The notes below the pieces were generated by a model. That model made no database searches. It was not told the origin of the DNA and saw only the letters and a list, made by a program, of their open reading frames with translations. A stretch of DNA of 64,000 nucleotides, from contig CACZZQ010000009.1 of the NCBI GenBank assembly GCA_902785695.1, positions 1,088 to 65,087 of the forward strand, written 5' to 3'. The DNA is from an uncultured Prevotellaceae bacterium (GTDB lineage Bacteria; Bacteroidota; Bacteroidia; Bacteroidales; Bacteroidaceae). A program made the translations under genes and the position numbers. This document shows positions 37,147 through 46,539 of this stretch, in pieces. Positions within the stretch are counted from its first letter, which is position 1; every line of letters starts with the position of its first letter.

Positions 37147-40125
37147 ATGAGAAAAACCGCTTTCCTCCTGTTCGTTGGGCTTCTGCTGATAGGCCAAACG
37201 ATACGTGCCCAGCACCTCCTGTTGTCGGGAAAGGTGATTGATGCCGATACGGGAAAACCGGTAGAATATGCCACAGTGCTGCTGTCCGACAATAGTCTCT
37301 GGGCTTTTTCCAACGAGGAAGGCGTTTTCGCCATTAAGAACGTACCGGCAGGAAAAAGCACACTGGCCGTGCAATGTCTGGGATATCAGAAACGCATCAT
37401 GCACGTGGAACTGAACCGTAACATTGATGACCTGGTGCTGAGGATAAAGCCTGAGAACCTGAAACTCGACGGAGTGACGGTGGTGGCCAAACGAAAGCAA
37501 GACGAGGCAACCACTTCCTATAGCATCAACCGTCAGGCACTGGACAATCAGCAGATTCTTAACGTGGGCGACATCAGCACGCTGCTGCCTGGTGGCAAGA
37601 CAGTGAACCCTACACTGATGAACGACAACCGACTGGCCTTACGCAGTGGATCCTTGGAAAAAGGGAACGCATCATTTGGTACTGCCATCGAGATAGATGG
37701 CATCCGTCTGGACAATAATGCCATTAGCGGTGAGACCTTAGGAGCCTCAACACGCACAGTGAGTGCCTCGAATATTGAGAGTATAGAGATTGTCACGGGC
37801 ATCCCATCAGTTGAATATGGAGATTTGTCGAATGGCATTGTAAAAGTGAACACCCGCAGGGGCAAATCACCGTTTATCATTGAAAGCAGCCTGACGCAGC
37901 ACACCAAACAGATTTCCGTGAACAAAGGCTTTGAACTGGGACACCATGGAGGCATACTGAACACCTCGCTGGAGCATGCCGAGTCATTCTCCAACGCAGC
38001 TTCGCCCCACACGGCCTACCAGCGCAATATCCTCAGCCTTCATTACATGACAACATTCCTGAAGGAGAGCACACCATTAACGCTCAACATCGGCTTGTCA
38101 GGCATTATTGGTGGCTACGACTCCGAGAGCGACCCCGATGAAATCAAGAATGATTACAGTAAGATGCGCGACAACGCTCTCAGAGCCAACTTCGAGATGC
38201 GATGGCTGCTGAACAAGAAATGGATTACCAACGTGCAACTCGGCGGTTCGTTTTCTTATAGCGACCGTAAGTCAGAGACCTATACTTATACCAGCAGTGC
38301 CTCTACACAGCCCTATATCCACACTACTGAGGAGGGTTATTATATGAGTTCTGAATTTTCTGCTCAGGATTCACAGGCCAACGGCATCATACTTAGTCCT
38401 ACGGGCTATTGGTACGTGAAAGGCTTCAACGATTCCAAACCGATGGCATGGTCGCTAAAAGGGAAGGTCGACTGGAGCCGCCATTTCCACCAGGTTATCA
38501 ACCGACTGACTGCCGGCATCCAATATACAGGCAGTAAGAACCTTGGATGTGGCACTTACTATAGCGACATGGCCGTAGCTCCTACCTGGCGCGAATATCG
38601 CTACAAGGATCTGCCAGCAATGAACAACCTGGCGTTCTACGCCGAGAACAAGGTTATCATGCCTACCACCAGACGTGCCTCTCTGGAACTGACAGCAGGT
38701 TTACGCGATGACATCACCATGATAAGCGGTTCGGACTATAGCACGGTGGGCAGCATATCGCCACGCATCAACAGCCGTTACGTATTCTGGCGCAACCAGT
38801 ATCAGCGCATGGTGCATCAGCTTGAGGTACATGCTGGTTGGGGAAAGAGCGTCAAGCTACCGTCACAACAGGTGCTCTACCCTGCCCCAACGTATGCCGA
38901 CCGTGAGGTGTTTGCTGCCACGAGCGATGCCAGCAACACCGCATACCGTGCCTATCACACCACACCCGTCAAGGCCATCTACAATCCCGACCTACGGTGG
39001 CAATACACCAACCAGACAGACCTGGGGATGGCAATGGACATCGACGGCACACACATTGCGCTTTCTGCCTTCTACCATAGCACCCACCGCACGTATATGG
39101 CAAAAGATGTCTTCACGCCTTTCGAATACCGCTACACACCGACCACAAACTTTAGCAGCATTGCTCCAGAGGACAGACAGTTTAGCATCGACCGGGAAAC
39201 AGGTGTTGTGACCTTGACCGATGCTACCGGTACAGTAAGCCCAGGCATACTTGACGGGGTGAACCGCAAGACCTATGCCGTCAGTCCAATGTATATCAAT
39301 GCAGATACTCCCATTAAACGCTACGGATTGGAATGGATCATTGACTTCGCGCAAATAAAGCCGCTCCGTACCAGCATCCGACTAGATGGCAACTACTACT
39401 GGTATAAGGGACTGGATGAGTTCCTGTTTGCCGACATCCCTAACGGTGTGAATACCTATCAGAGCGACGGACAGTTATATCAATACGTTGGCTATTATCG
39501 GGGATCAAATGTGTCAAGCACCAATGTTGCTGCCAAAGCATACGCAAGCAATGGTTACCTATCCCGACAACTGAACCAGAATCTGACTATTACCACTCAC
39601 ATACCAAAAATACGAATGATCATGTCGCTTCGCATAGAAAGCACCCTCTACAGCTACCAGCGCCAACTGAGCGAATTTGGCAATGGCACGCGTGGCTATA
39701 TGCTTGACAATGAGAACGGCATAGAGGGCGAACCCTACGATGGAAAGACAACAGACAAATTCGTAGTGGTTTATCCAGAATACTACAGCACATGGGACAA
39801 TCCCTCAGAACTGATTCCCTTTGCCGAGAAACTGAGATGGGCAAAAGAGAACGATGCCGCACTCTACAGTGACCTGTCGAAACTGGTGGTACGCTCGAAC
39901 TATGCCTACGTACTGAATCCCAATAAGTTGTCAGCCTACTATTCTGCCAACCTGAGCGTAACCAAGGAGATTGGCGACTATGTCTCATTGTCGTTCTATG
40001 CCAACAATTTCTTCAACACCATGCGATATGTACACTCATCGCAAACAGGTCTCGACACTTCGCTATTCGACAGCAGCTATGTGCCAAGCTATTATTACGG
40101 ACTCTCACTCAGACTCAAGTTATGA
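37147..40125 (+). CDS. TonB-dependent outer-membrane receptor (CarboxypepD_reg-like N-domain, plug, barrel; not classical SusC)
   Basis: 'SGKVIDADTGKPVEYATV', plug 'IESIEIVTGIPSVEYGDLSNG', C-terminal 'YYYGLSLRLKL'. Confidence 0.9.
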   Translation: MRKTAFLLFVGLLLIGQTIRAQHLLLSGKVIDADTGKPVEYATVLLSDNSLWAFSNEEGVFAIKNVPAGKSTLAVQCLGYQKRIMHVELNRNIDDLVLRIKPENLKLDGVTVVAKRKQDEATTSYSINRQALDNQQILNVGDISTLLPGGKTVNPTLMNDNRLALRSGSLEKGNASFGTAIEIDGIRLDNNAISGETLGASTRTVSASNIESIEIVTGIPSVEYGDLSNGIVKVNTRRGKSPFIIESSLTQHTKQISVNKGFELGHHGGILNTSLEHAESFSNAASPHTAYQRNILSLHYMTTFLKESTPLTLNIGLSGIIGGYDSESDPDEIKNDYSKMRDNALRANFEMRWLLNKKWITNVQLGGSFSYSDRKSETYTYTSSASTQPYIHTTEEGYYMSSEFSAQDSQANGIILSPTGYWYVKGFNDSKPMAWSLKGKVDWSRHFHQVINRLTAGIQYTGSKNLGCGTYYSDMAVAPTWREYRYKDLPAMNNLAFYAENKVIMPTTRRASLELTAGLRDDITMISGSDYSTVGSISPRINSRYVFWRNQYQRMVHQLEVHAGWGKSVKLPSQQVLYPAPTYADREVFAATSDASNTAYRAYHTTPVKAIYNPDLRWQYTNQTDLGMAMDIDGTHIALSAFYHSTHRTYMAKDVFTPFEYRYTPTTNFSSIAPEDRQFSIDRETGVVTLTDATGTVSPGILDGVNRKTYAVSPMYINADTPIKRYGLEWIIDFAQIKPLRTSIRLDGNYYWYKGLDEFLFADIPNGVNTYQSDGQLYQYVGYYRGSNVSSTNVAAKAYASNGYLSRQLNQNLTITTHIPKIRMIMSLRIESTLYSYQRQLSEFGNGTRGYMLDNENGIEGEPYDGKTTDKFVVVYPEYYSTWDNPSELIPFAEKLRWAKENDAALYSDLSKLVVRSNYAYVLNPNKLSAYYSANLSVTKEIGDYVSLSFYANNFFNTMRYVHSSQTGLDTSLFDSSYVPSYYYGLSLRLKL

Positions 40126-41423
40126 AACGGCTGCTATTATTTATAATAGGTGTAACACTGCTCCTGTCTTGCTCTTACGACGAGACGGTAGACACCAATA
40201 TGCTTACCGTGGAGCTGAAATTCCCAACGTCCTCAAACGAGGCTGAGGCAATGGGGGGCATACGCATAGAGCTGAAGAGCATCAGCAACAATGCCATCTT
40301 TGTGGATTCTACCGACACACAAGGCAAGGCTCACTTCGAGGTGACACCTGGAGTTTATGAGGCCAGCACATCGGTCACCCGGCAGCATGGCAACAGTCTG
40401 CTTGTGCTCAACGGCACCTCCGGACAGATTGTCATCGACAAGACAAAACAGAATACAGTCTTCATAGACCTGATGGCGTCGAGAATCAGTCAAGTGGTCA
40501 TCAAAGAACTCTATAATGGCGGTGTCATGAAAGACGACGGGAAACTCTTCATGTACGACAAATGCTTTATCCTCTACAACAACTCCAATACAACCGCCAG
40601 CCTTGAGAACCTTTGTGTAGGTATTGCCTCTCCATATAATAGCCAAGCCAACAACAACTGGTATGGAGCCGACGGCAAACTCATCTACGAAAGCGATGGA
40701 TATACGCCTGCTACTGACGGCATCTGGTATTTCCAAGAGACATTACACATTGCGCCTTACTCACAGATTGTGGTCAATGTCCACGGTGCCATTAACAACG
40801 TGCAGACCTATCCGCAATCCGTGAACTATGCCAATGCCGACTACTACTGCATGTATGACCCGGAACACGGCTATACCAACACCAATTATTACCCCACCCC
40901 ATCAGAAGTGATTCCCACATCGCATTATCTGAAAGCTATAAAGATAGGCACGTCAAATGCGTGGGCTCTGAGCACTTCATCGCCAGCTTTGTATATCTTT
41001 CAGACACACGATGCCTTACCACGTGACTTTGCCACCAACGTAGGCAACACAGGCTACACGCCAGGAGCATCACAGACGGATGCGTTCAAGGTGGTGAAGG
41101 TGCCTACCGAATGGATTACAGATGGCTTGGAAGTCTTTTCAGCCACCTCCACTGGCAACAAGAAACGTCTGACGTCGATGGTAGATGCCGGCTATGTGAA
41201 CCTGACAAACCAGCATGGTCACTCGCTCTACCGCAACGTGGACAAGAAAGCGACAGAGTCATTGCCAGAGAACAAAGGGAAATTAGTGTACGGCTATGTC
41301 TCTGACCCCAGTGGCATCGATGCAGAGGCAAGCATCAGAAACGGTGCACACATTGTCTATCAAGACACCAACAATTCATCAAACGACTTTCACGAACGAC
41401 TATCATGCTCATTAAAAGACTGA
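40122..41423 (+). CDS. DUF4876-domain lipoprotein
   Basis: Lipobox 'LLLSC'; 'VVIKELYNGG', 'LYNNS', 'DAGY', 'QDTNNSSNDF'. Confidence 0.8.
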   Translation: MKRLLLFIIGVTLLLSCSYDETVDTNMLTVELKFPTSSNEAEAMGGIRIELKSISNNAIFVDSTDTQGKAHFEVTPGVYEASTSVTRQHGNSLLVLNGTSGQIVIDKTKQNTVFIDLMASRISQVVIKELYNGGVMKDDGKLFMYDKCFILYNNSNTTASLENLCVGIASPYNSQANNNWYGADGKLIYESDGYTPATDGIWYFQETLHIAPYSQIVVNVHGAINNVQTYPQSVNYANADYYCMYDPEHGYTNTNYYPTPSEVIPTSHYLKAIKIGTSNAWALSTSSPALYIFQTHDALPRDFATNVGNTGYTPGASQTDAFKVVKVPTEWITDGLEVFSATSTGNKKRLTSMVDAGYVNLTNQHGHSLYRNVDKKATESLPENKGKLVYGYVSDPSGIDAEASIRNGAHIVYQDTNNSSNDFHERLSCSLKD

Positions 41424-43006
41424 CACTCTCCATCGGCCTGATAGCTTCATTGGCAAGTCAGGCGCAAGACTCAATTCTGCTTCACGACTACGAATACGTG
41501 AAACAGGCCGACCCGTGGCTTACCAGCACGAATGCTGCAGCCCTAACACGGTTTGGCGAAGGCAAGATAGCACAGGCCGAGATAGCTGCCGACGGAAGGC
41601 AAGGTGGACTAACGAACTACTATGACGCATCAGAGTCGCTGACCATGAAAGGACGGATAGAGTCGTTCTATCGCTACAGCCCCCGAACCGTATTCTTCGG
41701 AAATATCAGTTACGAAAGCTTCACAGGCCATCACATGGCCGGTTCAGCCTTTATCAATCCTGAAAGGCAACCGTTCGATATCGTAGAAGACTCGCTCACC
41801 AACGAAGGTACGAAACATCGTGACACCTACAAGCTACAGGGCGGTTTCGGCACCAGGATATACCATGATATCGCCTTAGGCTTGAAGTTCGACTATACCG
41901 CAGCCAACTATGCCAAATACAAAGACCTGCGCCACCAGAACAAGCTGATGGACTTACAACTGTCGGCAGGCACATACATCCCGCTGACTACATGGTGCAG
42001 CATTGGTGCCAACTTCCTGTATCAGCGCAATACGGAAAGCATCAAGTTTGGTACCTACGGCACAAGCGACAAGGTGTACAACACACTCATTTCTTATGCC
42101 AACTTCACTGGACACATTGAGCAGTTTGGCGCAGAAGGCTATACGGACAAAAGCAAGGAGATTCCCATAGTGACCGACAAGAACGGCATAAGCCTACAAC
42201 TTTCCACTTTTCACTTTCCACTTTCCACTTTCTTCTCGTACACCTACCTCCACGGCTCAGGCTATTATGGTCATAAGTCGCCCTATACCATTTCCTATAC
42301 CGGACATGAAAGCGACCGCCATGCCCTGCAACTACAGGCCTCCTACAACCACGGGAGGGCTAAGCATATCCTTGACCTCAGCATGGAGTTGGAAAAGTTT
42401 CAGAATGATGCCAACATCTATCGCGAGCTCAAGAATCTATCTGGTGCCAATTTCTACGAATACTACTCACCCAACAAGACGTCAGACAAACTTTGGCAGG
42501 ACTTCCACGCCACATACACAATCCATTGGGGCATCAACGAGACACTGCCCACATGGACCATACAAGCATGCTTTAACAGCATGAAGCGCAAACAGACGGC
42601 TTATGTTTTCCCCTACTACCGTCGTCAGAAGATACACAACGAGGAGATGTTTGCCTCTGTTTGTCGCAATATCCTGACACAAAAGGGCGTATGGTCACTT
42701 TCCGTTAACGGTTCATTCCTTAAAGGTGGAGGCGCACCTTACGAAGACCAGACCTTCCAGACACCCAGCGACAAACAGACCGTTCCTCCATCGATGGATG
42801 CCTACCTCTATCGGGAATACCAATGGCTCACAGCAGCACAGTTCTGTATCGGCGGTCAGGCCAAGTATTCATTCGTATGGCCTAACACACGTATCAAGAC
42901 TTTCGCCCGCTTGGCATTAAGTCATCGCAAAGCCAACGAAAGCTATGAATACAGCAATGGCCAGAACCGCACACAAGCAACCCTGGCCATTGGATGTGAA
43001 TTCTAA
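41405..43006 (+). CDS. DUF6850-family outer-membrane beta-barrel
   Basis: Signal peptide; 'PWLTSTNAAAL', 'KYKDLRHQN', C-terminal 'IGCEF'. Confidence 0.72.
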   Translation: MLIKRLTLSIGLIASLASQAQDSILLHDYEYVKQADPWLTSTNAAALTRFGEGKIAQAEIAADGRQGGLTNYYDASESLTMKGRIESFYRYSPRTVFFGNISYESFTGHHMAGSAFINPERQPFDIVEDSLTNEGTKHRDTYKLQGGFGTRIYHDIALGLKFDYTAANYAKYKDLRHQNKLMDLQLSAGTYIPLTTWCSIGANFLYQRNTESIKFGTYGTSDKVYNTLISYANFTGHIEQFGAEGYTDKSKEIPIVTDKNGISLQLSTFHFPLSTFFSYTYLHGSGYYGHKSPYTISYTGHESDRHALQLQASYNHGRAKHILDLSMELEKFQNDANIYRELKNLSGANFYEYYSPNKTSDKLWQDFHATYTIHWGINETLPTWTIQACFNSMKRKQTAYVFPYYRRQKIHNEEMFASVCRNILTQKGVWSLSVNGSFLKGGGAPYEDQTFQTPSDKQTVPPSMDAYLYREYQWLTAAQFCIGGQAKYSFVWPNTRIKTFARLALSHRKANESYEYSNGQNRTQATLAIGCEF

Positions 43007-43015
43007 TTCTTTAGA

Positions 43016-43390
43016 CTATTTCTCGTCACACTCGTGCGTAGGTGGTACCGTTATGGTAATGCCTGCAGCCTTGATGTCATTCTGGAGCTTATCTGCGTCA
43101 GTAGGACTATAGGCAGAGGCCTTATAACGAACCGTTGCTGCCAGCCGGCCTTTGATGCTATCGGCACATACATGGTTCTTGTCGAAAGCGATGCTGGCCG
43201 TGCGGCGCTCAATATTAAATGTGATGCCATCGATGCCTGGCAGCTTCTTCACCACATTCTTCACCTTATGGGCACACTCCTCACAGCGCATTCCCTTGAT
43301 GCGCACGGTCAGTGTATCTATGTCTTGAGCCATGACTCCCAACTGAGCAATCAGCATGAGAGTCATAGCGATAAGCACTTTCTTTATCAT
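43016..43390 (-). CDS. Secreted heavy-metal-associated (HMA) domain protein
   Basis: Signal peptide; 'IKGMRCEECAHKV' (GMxCxxC). Confidence 0.85.
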   Translation of the reverse strand: MIKKVLIAMTLMLIAQLGVMAQDIDTLTVRIKGMRCEECAHKVKNVVKKLPGIDGITFNIERRTASIAFDKNHVCADSIKGRLAATVRYKASAYSPTDADKLQNDIKAAGITITVPPTHECDEK

Positions 43391-44985
43391 TATTTCACGA
43401 TTATCTTCTTACCGTTCACGATATTCAGACCTTTCTGCAGACGCACGAGCTTCTGACCTTGCAGGTTGAAGATTGCCTGCTTCTGAACATCGGCCTTCAC
43501 CTGAACGCAAGCAATATCATTTGTTATCAGCTCAGGTGTCACGCCGTGCCATGCGATGAAGTCCAAATCAGCATTATTGGTAGCACCATTAGCAGCGGCA
43601 ATCTTGTCGGCAATAGCCGTGCTGATAGCACAATACAAGCGGTCACCATCAGAGAAGGTTGCCGTGTTGTACTTACCGCCGACAGCAGCCACTCGTTTGA
43701 AACCCACATTACCCTTCTCATTCTGGAACTTATATATCATGTTGCTGGCCTTACTGCCTGTCAACGTCTTAGTATCCTCATCAGCCCAAGTCATACCAGA
43801 AGAGCGAACCTTCATTACGCCCTGTGATTCCGACAGCTTGATGGTATAAGTACCGGGCTTGCCAACAGCAATCCACGGACCCTTGATCAGCAACAAACTG
43901 TCGCCAGGATAGTTGTAATAGGTCAAATCTGTTGTTGCGGCATTGTTGGATACATTCACGTAACTGAAATACAAATCCTTAGGACCGCAGAAAGGCTTGT
44001 CAATATTCACAGCCACGAAGCCGCTCTCAGGAATAGTAAGGGTAGAATCACTCATACCAGAAACTTCCTGACTATAGGTTCGGAGCGAGAGGTCGTTCGT
44101 AGCCACGAAGTCTACGCTTGAGTTGTTCGTGTCATAGAGCACCACACGTCCGTTACTGGCAATGAATGCCGTCTTACGAACCACGGCCTGACCGTTGAAT
44201 GTTCCAATGGAGTCAGTGACACAGAAACCGGCATCATAGCTTTCGGTAAAGCGCTTATCCTCAGCCGATGGTGTCTTCTGCTTCACGATGTCCACACAGT
44301 CAATGCTCTTATACATGGGTACCACTGTGTATTCGTTGCCGCTATCCTTTCCCTTAGCGAATGTCTTGTTAGAAATATCTGTGTCAGAGGCCAACAACAC
44401 AATGCCACACGGACCGGGGTTCAGGAAATTGATAAAGTCCGTGGTACCAATGGTTGCCACCATCTTCAATTCGGGTACTGCCTCATTGTGGAAATCCGCA
44501 AAGGATTTATTCTGACTCTTTGCCTCAAAGTCTGCAGTGCTCAAATCCACGTTACCTTCAGCAATCTGGCTATGGTCAATGGCACTGTTGGTGATGACCA
44601 CACTCTGACCTGGCTGAATCACATAGCTGGCATCAGGCGAAATCTGGAAAATCTGCTTTACCACAGCTTTACCGCTCATACCGTTCTCAGTGGTCATATC
44701 GGCTGCTGTCCATGCATTCGCTGCAGCATCACTGTTTGCAAAGGCCACATACATACCCTGCAAATCCACCTCGTCTGCAGAATTATTATATAGCTCAACA
44801 TAGAGATGCAGCATATAGTTCTTGGGAGTGGCACCGTTTAGGCGCGTGCTGCCAGCATAAAACACCTTGCTAATCACCACGTTTCCAGAGCTTGGCTTCT
44901 CAATCTTTGCCTCGCTGCTCGCTGTTCCTGCCAACAGCATTCCAGCCACGAGAGCCAGCGTTTTCATTGAAGTAAAAAATTTCAT
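43390..44985 (-). CDS. DUF4876-domain protein with T9SS C-terminal domain
   Basis: 'VVISKVFYAGS', 'YVELYNNS', 'DAGF', 'YDTNNSSVDF'; CTD 'IFNLQGQKL...GLNIVNGKKIIVK'. Confidence 0.78.
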   Translation of the reverse strand: MKFFTSMKTLALVAGMLLAGTASSEAKIEKPSSGNVVISKVFYAGSTRLNGATPKNYMLHLYVELYNNSADEVDLQGMYVAFANSDAAANAWTAADMTTENGMSGKAVVKQIFQISPDASYVIQPGQSVVITNSAIDHSQIAEGNVDLSTADFEAKSQNKSFADFHNEAVPELKMVATIGTTDFINFLNPGPCGIVLLASDTDISNKTFAKGKDSGNEYTVVPMYKSIDCVDIVKQKTPSAEDKRFTESYDAGFCVTDSIGTFNGQAVVRKTAFIASNGRVVLYDTNNSSVDFVATNDLSLRTYSQEVSGMSDSTLTIPESGFVAVNIDKPFCGPKDLYFSYVNVSNNAATTDLTYYNYPGDSLLLIKGPWIAVGKPGTYTIKLSESQGVMKVRSSGMTWADEDTKTLTGSKASNMIYKFQNEKGNVGFKRVAAVGGKYNTATFSDGDRLYCAISTAIADKIAAANGATNNADLDFIAWHGVTPELITNDIACVQVKADVQKQAIFNLQGQKLVRLQKGLNIVNGKKIIVK

Positions 44986-45096
44986 AAGCTTATTTTTGGT
45001 TTGTTATTCATTTTCGGCTGCAAAGGTACGTACTTTTTCTCATATCTGCAATCACAAATAGTAGGTATTTAGTATCAATTTGTATAAATTAATAAG

Positions 45097-45123
45097 GTTG
45101 ACACCCACAAGAAGTGCCAACCC
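45097..45123 (-). terminator. Probable intrinsic terminator of asd
   Basis: GGTTGACAC-9nt-GTGCCAACC hairpin followed by an AT-rich tract on the minus strand. Confidence 0.55.
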
Positions 45124-45148
45124 CATATAAAACAACAATTTACAATGC

Positions 45149-46162
45149 TTATTTCACATTTCCAACCTTAATGAGGTACTCGCCTATCTGTACGGCATTC
45201 AGAGCAGCACCCTTACGGATCTGGTCGCCTGAGAGCCAGAGAGTCAGACCATTCTCATCGGAGATATCCTTGCGCACACGACCTACATAGACATCGTCTT
45301 TGCCAGCGGTCTCTAAAGGCATGGGGTAAACGAGGTTGGCAGGATCGTCAACCAGCGTACAACCGGGTGCAGCGGCGATGGCCTTCTGAGCCTCTTCTAC
45401 AGAGATGGGCTTTTCGGTCTCAATCCATACTGACTCAGAGTGAGAGCGCAGCGAGCTGACGCGCACACACATAGCCGAGCACTTCGCATCGGTATGCATG
45501 ATCTTCCGCGTCTCGTTGTACATCTTCATCTCCTCCTTGGTGTAACCATTGGGCTGGAACACGTCAATCTGAGGAATCACGTTGTAGGCCAGCTGGTGTG
45601 GGAACTTTTTGATGGTCTTCACCTCGCCCGTCTCTACAATCTCCTTGTACTGCTGCTGCAACTCAGCCATAGCAGCTGCACCTGCACCAGAAGCACTCTG
45701 GTAAGAACTGACGTGGATGCGCTTGATGTGCGAGATATTCTCTAAGGGTTGGAGCACCACCACCATCATAATCGTGGTGCAGTTGGGATTGGCAATGATG
45801 CCACGGGGACGATTCAGTGCATCCTCGGCATTACACTCAGGCACCACCAAGGGTACATCATCGTCCATACGGAAAGCACTTGAGTTGTCGATCATCACGG
45901 CACCGTACTTCGTGATGGTCTCAGCAAACTCCTTTGAGGTGCCAGCACCGGCAGAAGTGAAGGCTATATCAACATCCTTGAAGTCATCATTATGCTGCAG
46001 GAGCTTTACCGTGAGTTCCTTGCCTCGGAAGGTGTATGTAGTGCCGGCACTGCGCTCAGAACCAAACAATACCAGTTCGTCCATCGGAAAATTTCTCTCA
46101 TCAAGAAGTCTCAAAAACTCCTGTCCTACAGCGCCTGATGCGCCAACAATTGCTACTTTCAT
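45149..46162 (-). CDS. asd: Aspartate-semialdehyde dehydrogenase
   Basis: 'VGASGAVG', 'IANPNCTT', 'SYQSASGAG', '[11 protein letters not shown]'. Confidence 0.97.
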   Translation of the reverse strand: MKVAIVGASGAVGQEFLRLLDERNFPMDELVLFGSERSAGTTYTFRGKELTVKLLQHNDDFKDVDIAFTSAGAGTSKEFAETITKYGAVMIDNSSAFRMDDDVPLVVPECNAEDALNRPRGIIANPNCTTIMMVVVLQPLENISHIKRIHVSSYQSASGAGAAAMAELQQQYKEIVETGEVKTIKKFPHQLAYNVIPQIDVFQPNGYTKEEMKMYNETRKIMHTDAKCSAMCVRVSSLRSHSESVWIETEKPISVEEAQKAIAAAPGCTLVDDPANLVYPMPLETAGKDDVYVGRVRKDISDENGLTLWLSGDQIRKGAALNAVQIGEYLIKVGNVK

Positions 46163-46315
46163 TTCACTTAAATTTAAATTTTGGGTGCAAAATTACAATT
46201 TTTCCGTCAAATAACTATCAATTTGAAAGAAAAAATTACATTTTGCCTGAATAATTGAAATATATCAACCATTGAAATGGCAGAGTTTGTTGTCGCAACC
46301 GCCATCCTTGGTTAC

Positions 46316-46403
46316 CTGCCGACCTTGGTCAACACATCTGCCGACCTTGGTCAGCAGATCGGCCGACCCGGGTCAGCAGATGTGCCGACCAAGGTCGGCA
46401 GAT
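46316..46403. repeat. Four tandem 22-bp quasi-palindromic units
   Basis: CTGCCGACCTTGGTCAACACAT / CTGCCGACCTTGGTCAGCAGAT / CGGCCGACCCGGGTCAGCAGAT / GTGCCGACCAAGGTCGGCAGAT. Confidence 0.85.
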
Positions 46404-46539
46404 GGTCTATTAGGTGGGATTGTTGTTGCTTGGAACATTTACCAAGGTGCTTAAGCAGCATTTCGATGACGGTTTTTTTGTTAGTTTCCTTTGTGATTCG
46501 CCCGACTTTTTGTACCTTTGCCCCACCAATTGAAACTTA

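Noticed and set aside
46316-46403. Possible CRISPR array
   Set aside because: Units are contiguous with no unique spacers, and no cas genes are present.
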